DNA of 64,000 nucleotides from Candidatus Bathyarchaeia archaeon (GCA_038882955.1 JAVZNC010000003.1:1-64000), one strand, 5' to 3'. Shown: positions 48,466-59,219, counted from the stretch's first letter. The notes: generated from the letters alone by a model not told the origin. Made by a program: numbers and translations.

Positions 48466-50868
48466 CTAACTTTCCTCTTCTTCCTCCGCAACTGAAACCT
48501 CAATAACCTTCAGCTTAATCAGAACCACAATGATTACAATGACAACCACTGGAATAATAATCAAAAGCCAAGTCGTCCAAGGCCATCCTTCCGCCTTCGC
48601 TGGAACAACCAAAATTATCTTTTCACTAGATGCACTTACATAACCAGCTTTAGAAACGCTCGCGGTTATCAGCACTTGTAATTCCGCTGTTGCTTGTGGA
48701 GCGGTGAAATTAAAGGTGCATGTGCCATCTGAACCAGTTAGGTTTGTAGATGAAACAAAGGCGCCAGCACTTGCTTGCATTGAGACATAAGCGCCATTAA
48801 CAAAGGATGAGTCCTCATTGCATCTAACAATCACCGTGATAAGCGCGCTCTTTTCAGATTCAACAGTTGGCGTTATTATTTCTATGTTAAACGTGTAAGG
48901 ATTAACTGTTATGGTTGCTTGGCTTTGTCCAGTGTTGTATCCGGCTTTTGTAGCGTTTGCAGTAATTGTAACATTTATTTGTTCATTAACGATGGGTGCT
49001 GTAAAGTTAAGACCCACTTCACCGTTTATGTCTGTTATGCCATACGTTGATGAGAGGTTTCCATCCGATGTTTCCAATGATACATATGCCCCTTCAACTG
49101 GACTCATGTCATATTCCATTACACGCACCGTTAGACCTAGTTGTACTCCAGAGAAGGTCTGCGAGGATTCTGGAATTATCTGAACCGCAAGTGTTCCAGG
49201 TTCCACAATTCCCGTTGCTTGCCAAACCTCAATATACTCATAATCTGAACCGTCCGCGTAATTCACTCCGTTTGTGGATGCAACAGCCAAGATTCGGATA
49301 TAGTCTTTTTCGAGATCGCCTATGAATGGAGCAGTAAAAGTCGTGTTGAAATAGCCCGCTTCGTCCGTTTGTCCAGTTGAAATGTTGAATTCCCCTCCAC
49401 CTAAAGAATACAAAGTTACAGTTGCACCTGCCACTGGAGCTGCTCCGTCTGTCACATAAACTGTTACGTTAACATTTCCTCTTTCAACAGTTGTTAAATT
49501 GCTCAATTCAAGATTGACATTTAATGGTTGAAGCGTATTTCTTACATAAATTGCAGCAGTTGTAGCTGAACTTACTGCTCCATAATCATCCACAACCCGA
49601 AGGCTCACACTGTAATTGCCTAGAGAAGCGTAATTATGGGTGAAAACTGATAGTGTTGTCCAGCCGCTGTTGCTGCCATCTCCAAAATCAACATAGTATC
49701 GAAAGACATATCCGTCCTCATCATACGAGTTCGTCGCATAGAACATGACAACGGAGTTTTGCTGAACCCAATTTTTGTCTACAAGCAGATTTGCAGTTGG
49801 AGGCGTGTTTATTTGGCTGATGGGTTTTGTTAGGTATGGTATAAAGTCGATGTCTGCACCGTTTCCGCCGACTCTATCGCCTTTTCCATATGGATTAAGT
49901 GACTCATGGTTTGGTCCGGTTGGGTCTCCCCAATAGTTGTGTTCTGCGCTGACGTTAGTGGGGTATTCAACACTTGTCTCAATGTCCATTCCGACCTCAT
50001 TGCCATATATGTCATTGTACTCTGCGATGTGGATTCCATTAGTGTATAGTGCGCCTACTTTGTTGTATGAAATTGAATTCCTGGTCAGGTATGTGCTAAC
50101 TGAAGTTGAGATGTAGAATCCTACATTGTTTGAGGAGATAGTGTTGTTAAAAATATTTATGTTTGTGTGGTTTTCTGCTTCAATTAACAGTCCATTTTGG
50201 GCGCTCGCTGAGATGATGCTTCTTGTGATGTTAACGTTTGAGACGCTCATTCCAGTTAATAGTATTCCATTGGCATTTCCAAGTAAAGTAGCATTTGCTA
50301 CTGTAACTTGTCCATCTCCTGTTACATTCATCCCATTTTTGACACAGTAACTAACAATTACGTTTTGAATGTTCAAAATGCCGTTTACTGCAGTCACACC
50401 ATTTTCCGCGTAAATTATGGAAGAATCTTGGATATTCACGTTGCCATTCTCTACCACTACAGCGTCCTTGCCATACGAAACTAAACAGTTCTTTAACGTG
50501 GATTTTTCAGCACCGTTAAAAACTATCGAATCCCAGTCGCCTACATCTTTCTGCTCCTTATTTGAAGTGAAGGCTATGGGTCTTTCAAATGTGCCAACAG
50601 CGCTTAACTTTCCAGAAACATTTAACGAAAATGGTCCACCAAACTTAACTTCAACGCCAGGCTCAATAGTCAATGTGACGCCCGGATATACAGTGACGTT
50701 GTTTGCAATTATGATTGGACTGTCCAGAAGGGTCCAGAGAGTATCCTTTGTTATGGGACCTTCCACGTAAGTGCCGTCTGCTTTACCATGTAAAATCATA
50801 AAGTTAACGTTAATTACGCTGAAAATGATTATTAGTAAAGTGGCTAAAGTTCTAATTTTGTTCTTCAT
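48466..50868 (-). CDS. Membrane-anchored surface protein: beta-helix + PKD + Ig-like repeats
   Basis: Signal peptide; TLTIEPGV..W..I.F; NYWG..GP; PKD DFGDG..H.Y...G.Y.V.L.V.D; three Ig-like repeats (TD..G...F.AP); C-terminal TM. Confidence 0.85.
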   Translation of the reverse strand: MKNKIRTLATLLIIIFSVINVNFMILHGKADGTYVEGPITKDTLWTLLDSPIIIANNVTVYPGVTLTIEPGVEVKFGGPFSLNVSGKLSAVGTFERPIAFTSNKEQKDVGDWDSIVFNGAEKSTLKNCLVSYGKDAVVVENGNVNIQDSSIIYAENGVTAVNGILNIQNVIVSYCVKNGMNVTGDGQVTVANATLLGNANGILLTGMSVSNVNITRSIISASAQNGLLIEAENHTNINIFNNTISSNNVGFYISTSVSTYLTRNSISYNKVGALYTNGIHIAEYNDIYGNEVGMDIETSVEYPTNVSAEHNYWGDPTGPNHESLNPYGKGDRVGGNGADIDFIPYLTKPISQINTPPTANLLVDKNWVQQNSVVMFYATNSYDEDGYVFRYYVDFGDGSNSGWTTLSVFTHNYASLGNYSVSLRVVDDYGAVSSATTAAIYVRNTLQPLNVNLELSNLTTVERGNVNVTVYVTDGAAPVAGATVTLYSLGGGEFNISTGQTDEAGYFNTTFTAPFIGDLEKDYIRILAVASTNGVNYADGSDYEYIEVWQATGIVEPGTLAVQIIPESSQTFSGVQLGLTVRVMEYDMSPVEGAYVSLETSDGNLSSTYGITDINGEVGLNFTAPIVNEQINVTITANATKAGYNTGQSQATITVNPYTFNIEIITPTVESEKSALITVIVRCNEDSSFVNGAYVSMQASAGAFVSSTNLTGSDGTCTFNFTAPQATAELQVLITASVSKAGYVSASSEKIILVVPAKAEGWPWTTWLLIIIPVVVIVIIVVLIKLKVIEVSVAEEEEES

Positions 50869-51044
50869 GTTAAACGCACCCATCACTGTTGATTTCACAG
50901 TATCCTCTGGTCCGTATCAGCTTAAACGTTATGAATTTGGAATAAAACTTCAGAATTCATGCGCCTAATCATGACAAAAGCTTAGTAAACGAGGAAGAAA
51001 TTTAACAAAGAGCATATGCAAACATGAAATGCGGAGGAAACTGT

Positions 51045-51818
51045 TTGAAATATTTCGCAGCCTTTGCACTTGAAGACTTTCCAATGGTAAACCCAGGAGA
51101 CAACATAGCAGAACTAATCTTCAAAACAGCGCAGAAAAACGGCCTAAAAATTGATGATGGCGATGTGATAGTTATCGCACAGAAAATTTTCTCGAAAGCA
51201 GAAAACCGTGTTATCACACTTAAAAATGTTCTCCCATCCGAAAGGGCCTTTAAAATTGCGAAGAAAACTGGCAAAAGCCCGAAGTTCGTTGAACTTGTTT
51301 TGGGAGAAACTGAAAATGTTCTGAAAGCAACCCGTGAAATTCTACTTGTAAAGGACAAGCGCGGGCTGATATGCATAAACGCTGGAATAGACAAATCAAA
51401 CGTTGAAGGAAGGGGCAAATTTGCCCTCCTTCCAGAAAACCCAGACATTTCTGCTGAAAAATGCCGCATGGAAATCAAAAAGTTGACGGAAAAAAATGTT
51501 GCAGTAATAGTATGTGATACGTACAGCCGTCCATTTAGGCGCGGTCAAGTTAACTTCGCTATAGGCTTTGCTGGAATAAAACCGTTTAAAGATTACAGGG
51601 GAAAGAAAGACCTTTTCGGCCAGACCTTAAAGGTGAAAAATGTTGCAGTCGTAGATGAGATTGCTGCAGCTGCTGAACTTCTTATGGGTCAAGCCAAAGA
51701 GGCAAGACCAGTCGTAATATTCAAGGGGCTAAAGGATTTTGTCGAGTTTTCTGAAAACTGCAGTATAAGAGAACTCCAAATTTCAAGCGAGGAAGACTTG
51801 TTTAAAGGAGCTTTATAA
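51045..51818 (+). CDS. cofE: Coenzyme F420-0:gamma-glutamyl ligase
   Basis: QKIFSKAE, NAGIDKSN, LLPENPD, DTYSRPFRRG, DEIAAAAEL. Confidence 0.93.
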   Translation: MKYFAAFALEDFPMVNPGDNIAELIFKTAQKNGLKIDDGDVIVIAQKIFSKAENRVITLKNVLPSERAFKIAKKTGKSPKFVELVLGETENVLKATREILLVKDKRGLICINAGIDKSNVEGRGKFALLPENPDISAEKCRMEIKKLTEKNVAVIVCDTYSRPFRRGQVNFAIGFAGIKPFKDYRGKKDLFGQTLKVKNVAVVDEIAAAAELLMGQAKEARPVVIFKGLKDFVEFSENCSIRELQISSEEDLFKGAL

Positions 51819-51819
51819 A

Positions 51820-52467
51820 TCAAAATCGTTGAATGAAAGGGTTTGCGCGCTTTTCATCGCCTATAGTCGTTGCAGGTCCGTGCCCAGGATAAACTACAAA
51901 GTCGTCTGGTAAAATAGCCAACTTCTCCAAAGACCCCTTCATTTCCTGTTCAGAGCCCTCTGGAAAATCAGTTCTCCCAATAGAACCCATAAACAGCGTA
52001 TCGCCCGTGAAGATTTCCCTTTCTCCAAGAAGCGATACGCTTCCGTGACTATGTCCTGGAGTGTGCATAACCCTTAAAACAACCTTTCCGAAACTCAGCA
52101 CGTCTCCATCTGATAGAAGCTTGTCGGCTGGTGGAGAAGATTTTTCGAAACCTAAAAAGTCAGCAATTCTTCTGCCAACTTCACCGAGCATGTGAGCGTC
52201 AAGTTTGTGGATCAATATTGGCACTTTAAACCTCTCCTTAACGATTCCGTTTCCGCACGTATGATCTGGATGTCCATGCGTGTTTACAATCAGTTTCAGG
52301 TTTAGGTCATTTGCCGTTATTGACCCTAAAACCTCTTCTGCTTCTGCGCTGTTGTCGAATCCAGGGTCAACAATTATGGCATCGTTTGTTTGTTCGCATG
52401 TCACCACGTAGCAGTTCGTGTAGAATTTGCCGACAACAAATGTATGTATTTTCATGGTTGTCAACAA
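51820..52467 (-). CDS. Glyoxalase II-like MBL-fold hydrolase
   Basis: THGHPDH, TPGHS, FTGDTLF..GRTD, YPGHG. Confidence 0.92.
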   Translation of the reverse strand: MLTTMKIHTFVVGKFYTNCYVVTCEQTNDAIIVDPGFDNSAEAEEVLGSITANDLNLKLIVNTHGHPDHTCGNGIVKERFKVPILIHKLDAHMLGEVGRRIADFLGFEKSSPPADKLLSDGDVLSFGKVVLRVMHTPGHSHGSVSLLGEREIFTGDTLFMGSIGRTDFPEGSEQEMKGSLEKLAILPDDFVVYPGHGPATTIGDEKRANPFIQRF

Positions 52468-52569
52468 TCTACTATCTTATAGATAAGGATACTCTTGCAC
52501 GTTTACGCTGTTACGGTAACATAAAATAGATAAGTTTCATTGATAATAATATTTTTGGAGATTGAGGAG

Positions 52570-52776
52570 TTGAGGCTTCAAGAAATTGAGAATGCGTTAA
52601 GCCGCTTCAAAGTCTGTCCAAAATGTAAGGCCATTCAAGGATTCTGGCTTGGAGTGAAATCTGATAAGGCTTATGTACAATGCAAGGGATGTGGAGCACA
52701 ATTTGAAATTTCAGAAGTTTACATGTTAGGCGAGAAAAGCGGAACGCAGAAAAGGTTCGACTTTTTGAAAAAGTAG
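52570..52776 (+). CDS. Small Zn-ribbon protein
   Basis: CPKC..GFWL..QCKGCG; GGAG upstream of TTG. Confidence 0.6.
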   Translation: MRLQEIENALSRFKVCPKCKAIQGFWLGVKSDKAYVQCKGCGAQFEISEVYMLGEKSGTQKRFDFLKK

Positions 52777-52836
52777 CCCTTTATTCGGGTTCTGAAGCCG
52801 AATAATGTTCAATTTTTGAAAGAAAATTCATAAACA

Positions 52837-55800
52837 ATGTATCCAGCACACTCCAACGAGGAGGCTTCAGTGAAAAAGCTAAACGCGCAACCACTTGTTT
52901 CAGTCATAGTACCCACATACAACTCAAGCAGAAACATTGCGCAATGTCTCAAATCAATCCGGAACCAAACCTACAAAAGAGTTGAAATATTGATAGTTGA
53001 CCGCTGTAGCAGAGATAAAACAAAAAAGATAGCAGAAGAGCTTGGGGCAAAAGTTTTTCTACTTGATGGGGAAAGAAGCGAAGCAAGAAACTATGCCGCG
53101 AAAAAGGCTCGTGGGGATTTTCTTCTATTCATCGATTCGGATATGATGTTGACCCATGAAGTGATTGAGGCTTGTGTGGACTCATGTCTACGTCAAGGCG
53201 CTGATGCGGTGATTATACCGGAAAAATATGCTGGTTATGGCTTGCTGAGCGAATTAAGGAAAAGGGAGAAAAATTCTCTATCTGCGAATAGTGAGTTAAT
53301 GGAAATTCCACGTTTCTTTAAGAAAAGCGTTTTTCTTGAGCTAGGCGGCTATGACGAAGAGCTCGTGTGCGGAGAAGATTTCGAGTTTTTTCAAAGATTC
53401 AGAAAAGAAGGCTACAAGGTTTACAGAATAAGCCAAGAGATAATTCATTTTGAAGGAAAACTAACGTTAAACAAAATTTTTTCCAAAGCCTACTATTATG
53501 GTGAGACTATCCCTGCGCTGATAAAGAAAGAACCAACCAACACGATTAAAAGATACGCAACTTTGCGCTTAATATCCGTCAAAAATGCCAAATCATACTA
53601 TGAAAATTTCAGTTCGGCAATCGGCTTTTCTGTAATGAAAATTTTTGAACTCACAGCATACTTTCTCGGAATGCTCTCTGGCATAGCGAAATCATTTTCC
53701 GAAAAATGCAAGGATGGAGTATTAAGAGGCTTTTTAGTAAAGAATAAAACCGCAATCTTGAACATCTCAATAATTGTGGCAATTGCCACGGTGATTTTCA
53801 GAAATTTCCTATTCACTGATGAATGGCCTGGGGGCGGCGATGTTCTCGGTTTTGTTTCAAGAGCCTATTTGTATGGTAAAGATTTAAGATGGCTTTTGAT
53901 GTGGCGTCCATACTCCTTCGGCTTTGTTGAAGGAATAAACTTCATGGATTTTTTTCTAATGCTTCTATACTATGTTTTTAGAAGCCCTTCATGGACGGTT
54001 AAAGTGTTCATGTTCCTATCATATATTACAGCTGGCTTCTCCATGTACATCTTTGCCTACCGCTACACAAAATCTCACGTCGCATCACTCGCAGCCTCTT
54101 TAGTTTATATCCTAAATCAATGGCTGTTTTCGCAGTTAACAGAAGCCCACGTCGACATCATCTATAGCTACGCGTTGGCGCCGCTAATCTTTATAGCATT
54201 GGATAAGGCGCTGCAAATGGGCAAGCCAAAACACGTCCTTATTCTTTCCTTAAGCCTAAGCCTTTTCATAACTAGTTTTCATCCGGAATTCATAGTTATC
54301 TACGGTGTTTTCCTAACGCTGTTCACGGTTTTCTTGATATTTTATCCAGTCGCAATGGAAACTGTAAAAACTCGCTTTTTACGCTTTTTCAAAGTTGCTT
54401 TTCCATCAGCCCTTCTCGTCTTCGTGTTTTCAGCCTTCTTCCTAATCCCCTTCATAATCAACATTAGATCACCGTATTTTCATCCTTCCTACGAATATCC
54501 GTTAGAAGACGCCTACTCATGCAGTTACCAAAACTTGTTTGATGCTTTCGTTTTAAGGGCTGTGGAAAAATGGGGCTACAACAACATTTTAGACGTGAGC
54601 ACTCAAATAGGAATAGCAGACTTCCCGTTATACAATCTTCTCTTCATCTTATTCTTAATTTCCTACTGCACACTTTTAATTCGCAGAGACCGCTATACAG
54701 TTTTCTTTGCAGTTGCAATGCTGATTTCTGTTTTTGTTGCAAAAGGTCCAAACTCGCCTTTTGGACAATTTTTCATTTGGGCATGGTTCAATATCCCACA
54801 CTTTGCAATTTTTAGAGCAGCAAACCGATGGGTTGCAATGGCTATTTTTTCTCACGCCCTTTTTACTTCACTTTTGACATATTACCTAACGGACTACGTT
54901 AAAAGTAGGAAGTACGCCAAAATAAACGAGTTCTTATTTAAAGCGAGGTTGAAAGTTGGCAATTTCTCCAGAAATAAACTTGTCGTATTCTCCTTAGATT
55001 CCTTCAACGCCTTTTTGAAGAAAGTGCATAAACTCATCCATTTCATAAGCGTAATCCTTTTGATACTAATATTTATCAGCGGTTTTCTCGCATGCTCCTT
55101 CTTTCTCTTTCAAGGCGTGCATGTTTACACTCCACCAGAGCAGTACTTGGCTCCTTACGAGTGGCTTTCACTTCAACAAGATGACTACAAAGTAGTCTCC
55201 GTGGGCAGAAGTTCATACGAGTGGCTAGTCTCGCCAGATGAATATTCTGACTTTGCCTCAAGCGCCATGCAGACTACGCTTGGCTGGGGACATGACATAG
55301 GTTTTGACAGCGTCTTCATACATGACAAACCAGTTCTTCAAGACGGAGGCTGGAACTTTAGGGCGCGAAAGTTCGTTGACCATTTAAGATTCAGACTTGC
55401 AAGGGAACATTTAACCGACAACCTTTTCAAAATTTTGGGAACATTTGCCTACAAATACATAGTGATCCCGCCATACGCGACTAATAAAACTCGAGATTTC
55501 TTCTTAAGCCAAGAAGGCTATAGGGTAATTTACAACGATACAGCGTTAATTCTTCAAAACGAGTATGCCACACCAAGGTTTTTTGCAGTAACTAATTCGA
55601 TGCTTGTTGTTGGTGGGCTGGAATCTTTTGATGCGCTCTGCAAAATTGACAATTTCCGCCTAAATGAGACTGCCTTGTTCTTTGTGCCTGCACAAGGCGA
55701 TAGCGACTCCTTTGGAATAAAATTCATAGACAATTTCCAAATGATGAGTTTCGTTAACTCAGACATCCTAGATTTAGCGCTACTCTCCTATGTTGGCGAG

Positions 55801-57450
55801 AAAAGCTTTATCCTCGCTGGGGAATATGGCGCTTCAAGCATAAATTATACAGGCTATTGGATAAAGGGTTCTTCGTGGCGAATTTTAGGCGCGTTAGTCC
55901 TTAGTGGAGATACTTTGACAACATCTGGAAAGAACAGAATTGATATCCCCTTCGAGCTAGACGAGGGTGGACAACATGACTTCTGGTTAAGAATAGGATT
56001 TGCGCCCTGCCGTGGAAAACTAAACATATACGTTGACGGAGAGCCGATTCGAGAAATCCGTGCGGAAGCCCAGTTATGGTCTAAACTTTTATGGATTAAC
56101 GTGGCAAGGCTAGAATTAGTTAAGGGAAGGCATATTGTAACGCTAGAAAATGATGGAACGGGCTACAATGACATTGACGCGATAGCCTTCATTAAGCCCT
56201 CCGAACTTGAATCAAGAATAAAAGAAATAACAAGAACACTGCAGGATTTCTCTGGACGCATCCTATGTTTTTATGAAGCAGAAAACCTTTTCCTAGACTC
56301 TTCAGGCGGTGGATGGACGTGGACTTTAAAACCAAATGTTGGGTATATGATTCGTTCAGAAAGTTATGGCTTGAATGTTGCTCCGCTTGCTTCTGCAAGT
56401 GCAAGCTCAACAGGCTGGATAGGTGATTACCAGTTTGAGGCGCGTTACGCAAACGACGACAATGCACATACAAGATGGGCTTCCGAAAGAAGCGTGCTTC
56501 CGCAATGGCTAGAGTTAAGTTGGGAAAAGCCGCAACAAATTCTTGGTGTTCGCCTATTTTTTGAAGATGCTTATGCAAAAGATTACTTGATACAAACATG
56601 GAATGGCGCGGAATGGATAACCCAAATAGAGGTAGCCAACAACAGCGCACTTGAAAGAACCCACATATTTGCAGAACCCGTGGAAACACATAAACTTAGA
56701 ATTTTAGTCACGGAGTTTTCAATTCACGATTTAGCGAGCATATGGGAAATCCAAGCCTACGCGCCTGGCGCAACTTCCTCAGCAGAGATATTAGTGCCTC
56801 GTAGTGGAAATTATATGCTTGCCACAAGGATTTCAAAAGGTCCAAGCTATGGACAATTGTATCTTTCTTTGGATGATAAAGCCTACACTATACAATGCAC
56901 TGAGCCTATAACCACTGTTGAATGGTGTGAAATTGGACCATTTTCCCTTGAAGAAGGCCAACATCAAATAAGCGTTGGCGGGTCTGGGCCTGTTGAACTT
57001 GACAGCTTCATTCTTTACTCACTCGGAAATGGAGAAGAACACCTAGCACTAGACGACTTATTCGCTCCAAAAGGTGATGGAATATCCATAACATACGAAA
57101 AGGTAAATCCATGCCTTTTCAGAGCATATATTAATGCCAATGAAGCTTTTACGCTGATTTTTTCAGACACTTACGACCCGTTATGGAAGGCGTTTATTGA
57201 CGGCGAAGCTGTTTCCCCACACCTTGCCTATTCGATTGTTAATAGTTATTTTATAAACAGGACAGGACAATTTACTATAACCATATACTTTGCTGGACAA
57301 TTCTACGCTGATATGGGCTTAATCATATCCATATCCAGTTTCATCTCGGCTTTCATAGTGGCATCTGTCTTCGCGCTGCTTTCTTATAAAAGGCTCTTTG
57401 GAAAGCGCGGTTTCTGGAGGAGGCTTGCGTTTTGGAGGAGGGCAAGTTAA
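52837..57450 (+). CDS. Fusion protein: GT2 glycosyltransferase + polytopic GT-C-like membrane domain + extracellular CBM/discoidin (F5/8C) domains + C-terminal TM
   Basis: VSVIVPTYN..FIDSD..GED; about 12-14 TMs (WPGGGD, AYILNQW, AIFRAANRW); ANDD..TRWAS..PQWLEL..AKDY.IQ; true start may be GTG 52870. Confidence 0.85.
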   Translation: MYPAHSNEEASVKKLNAQPLVSVIVPTYNSSRNIAQCLKSIRNQTYKRVEILIVDRCSRDKTKKIAEELGAKVFLLDGERSEARNYAAKKARGDFLLFIDSDMMLTHEVIEACVDSCLRQGADAVIIPEKYAGYGLLSELRKREKNSLSANSELMEIPRFFKKSVFLELGGYDEELVCGEDFEFFQRFRKEGYKVYRISQEIIHFEGKLTLNKIFSKAYYYGETIPALIKKEPTNTIKRYATLRLISVKNAKSYYENFSSAIGFSVMKIFELTAYFLGMLSGIAKSFSEKCKDGVLRGFLVKNKTAILNISIIVAIATVIFRNFLFTDEWPGGGDVLGFVSRAYLYGKDLRWLLMWRPYSFGFVEGINFMDFFLMLLYYVFRSPSWTVKVFMFLSYITAGFSMYIFAYRYTKSHVASLAASLVYILNQWLFSQLTEAHVDIIYSYALAPLIFIALDKALQMGKPKHVLILSLSLSLFITSFHPEFIVIYGVFLTLFTVFLIFYPVAMETVKTRFLRFFKVAFPSALLVFVFSAFFLIPFIINIRSPYFHPSYEYPLEDAYSCSYQNLFDAFVLRAVEKWGYNNILDVSTQIGIADFPLYNLLFILFLISYCTLLIRRDRYTVFFAVAMLISVFVAKGPNSPFGQFFIWAWFNIPHFAIFRAANRWVAMAIFSHALFTSLLTYYLTDYVKSRKYAKINEFLFKARLKVGNFSRNKLVVFSLDSFNAFLKKVHKLIHFISVILLILIFISGFLACSFFLFQGVHVYTPPEQYLAPYEWLSLQQDDYKVVSVGRSSYEWLVSPDEYSDFASSAMQTTLGWGHDIGFDSVFIHDKPVLQDGGWNFRARKFVDHLRFRLAREHLTDNLFKILGTFAYKYIVIPPYATNKTRDFFLSQEGYRVIYNDTALILQNEYATPRFFAVTNSMLVVGGLESFDALCKIDNFRLNETALFFVPAQGDSDSFGIKFIDNFQMMSFVNSDILDLALLSYVGEKSFILAGEYGASSINYTGYWIKGSSWRILGALVLSGDTLTTSGKNRIDIPFELDEGGQHDFWLRIGFAPCRGKLNIYVDGEPIREIRAEAQLWSKLLWINVARLELVKGRHIVTLENDGTGYNDIDAIAFIKPSELESRIKEITRTLQDFSGRILCFYEAENLFLDSSGGGWTWTLKPNVGYMIRSESYGLNVAPLASASASSTGWIGDYQFEARYANDDNAHTRWASERSVLPQWLELSWEKPQQILGVRLFFEDAYAKDYLIQTWNGAEWITQIEVANNSALERTHIFAEPVETHKLRILVTEFSIHDLASIWEIQAYAPGATSSAEILVPRSGNYMLATRISKGPSYGQLYLSLDDKAYTIQCTEPITTVEWCEIGPFSLEEGQHQISVGGSGPVELDSFILYSLGNGEEHLALDDLFAPKGDGISITYEKVNPCLFRAYINANEAFTLIFSDTYDPLWKAFIDGEAVSPHLAYSIVNSYFINRTGQFTITIYFAGQFYADMGLIISISSFISAFIVASVFALLSYKRLFGKRGFWRRLAFWRRAS

Positions 57451-58274
57451 AGGAATATTGGGATTATGTAGCTTTAGAGTCGAGGAACGTCGAACAGTGG
57501 CGCCGCTTAGAAAAGTGGAGGAAGGTTGCAAGAAATTGGCTTGCCGATTATGCTGATAAGAGGGCGTATGATTTCGTTCTGAAAGTCTTGGAAGATGCTA
57601 TTAGGCTGGATAAGTCTGCGAAGATCCTCGATGTTGGGTGTGGTCCTGGAAAGTGGTCGATGCTTCTGGCTAAGAGGTTTGGTTCAGTAACGGCTGTTGA
57701 CGTAAGTCCAGAAATGGTTTTGTTAGCCAAGGAAAACGCTGGGAAAAACAGCGTGTTTAATGTGAATTTCCATGTGATGGATGTTTCAAAACTGAATTTT
57801 CCATGTGGAGTTTATGACTTTGTTAATTGCGTAACAGTGCTGCAGCATATACTTGACGATGAACGTTGGCGGATGTCTATTCACGAAATAGTTAGAGTTA
57901 CAAGAACTGGCGGTTACGTGCTGCTTTTTGAAACTGCCCCCAGCATAGCCTTATTAAAACGTACACGACACCTTAAAATAAGAACTATGCAGCAGTACAT
58001 TAGCGAGTTTAAAAGCGCCGGGGCATCGCTTGTTTATTGGCGGGCTGTTGATTTATCCCTTCCCATAACACTTCTTGGATTAAGGGCTTATGCCGCGTCT
58101 TTCAACAAAAGAGTTTACTATTTCATTTCCAAGAGCAGATGGATTCCTGTTGGTCTTCTATCATTCTTGTCTTGGGTTGCAGCTTTATTAGCTGGACTTA
58201 TAGACTATCGCTTGGCGGAGACCCCGCTGAGTTTTCTTTCTTTTGGTAGAATTCTTCTTTTCAAAAAGAATTAA
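57432..58274 (+). CDS. Class I SAM-dependent methyltransferase
   Basis: ILDVGCGPG, VDVS..M, VLQH, RVTRTGG. Confidence 0.9.
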   Translation: MEEGKLKEYWDYVALESRNVEQWRRLEKWRKVARNWLADYADKRAYDFVLKVLEDAIRLDKSAKILDVGCGPGKWSMLLAKRFGSVTAVDVSPEMVLLAKENAGKNSVFNVNFHVMDVSKLNFPCGVYDFVNCVTVLQHILDDERWRMSIHEIVRVTRTGGYVLLFETAPSIALLKRTRHLKIRTMQQYISEFKSAGASLVYWRAVDLSLPITLLGLRAYAASFNKRVYYFISKSRWIPVGLLSFLSWVAALLAGLIDYRLAETPLSFLSFGRILLFKKN

Positions 58275-58347
58275 ACGCGTTTTTGTTCCAAGTCGGAAAC
58301 TGAAGTCTCCTTAAAGCTCTTTTCTTCATCACTCCAAAAACGGACAA

Positions 58348-59106
58348 GTGGCTGTGAAAATGAAGTGCTACGTAGTTCTACCATGCTTTAACGAAGAAAA
58401 AAACATTAAACAGCTTATCCACGAGATAGACGCGACACTAAAACCTCACGTTCAATACGAGATAATAGCTGTTAATGATGGAAGTCGCGACAAAACTGGA
58501 GAAGTTCTAAAGGATCTTTCAACAGAATACCCAATTAGAGTTCTCCTGCATGATACAAATATGGGTTTGGGTGCCGCCTTGAAAACTGGGCTTATTGAAG
58601 CTGCAAATTTGGCATGTGATAACGATTTTGTTGTCACCATGGATTCTGATAATACCCATAATCCTAAGCATGTTCTTGACATGTTAAACTTTGCTTTTGA
58701 CGCCGACATCATTGTTGGTTCTCGTTATGTTGATGGTGGAAAACAACTGAACGTTCCTTTGCATAGAGTGATTCTGAGCAGGGGAATCAACTTTCTAGTG
58801 AAAAGCTTGTTCTGTTTACATGTTAGGGATGCAACCAGCGGTTTTAGGTGTTTTAGGGCGCGTTTGCTTAAGGTTTTATGCAGCATCTTTAAGGATAAGC
58901 TTATTGAATCGGAGGGTTTTGTTGCTTCTTTTGAACTTTTGTTGAAAGCTGTTCGTTTTGGTGGCGTTGTCAAAGAGATTCCGATTCTCTTGGATTATGG
59001 GAAAAAGGGCGGTGTAAGCAAAATGCGGTTGCTTTCGACGGTTTTTGGCTATTTGTCCTTGATTTTTAAGTTTAGGTTTTTGAATAATTCGAAACATTTT
59101 AGGTAG
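58348..59106 (+). CDS. GT2 polyprenol-phosphate hexose synthase (DPM1-like)
   Basis: LPCFNEE, NDGSRD, TMDSD, GSRY..GG, DATSGFR, SKM. Confidence 0.9.
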   Translation: MAVKMKCYVVLPCFNEEKNIKQLIHEIDATLKPHVQYEIIAVNDGSRDKTGEVLKDLSTEYPIRVLLHDTNMGLGAALKTGLIEAANLACDNDFVVTMDSDNTHNPKHVLDMLNFAFDADIIVGSRYVDGGKQLNVPLHRVILSRGINFLVKSLFCLHVRDATSGFRCFRARLLKVLCSIFKDKLIESEGFVASFELLLKAVRFGGVVKEIPILLDYGKKGGVSKMRLLSTVFGYLSLIFKFRFLNNSKHFR

Positions 59107-59219
59107 TTTTGTTTTTTGTTTGAGTATTCATTTTGGTTTTTATTCTAAGTCTGAGTCAGAACCACTAAAAAATTTTTAATAAACGTTGACACGCTTTCAT
59201 ACATGACCCATAAAGAGGA

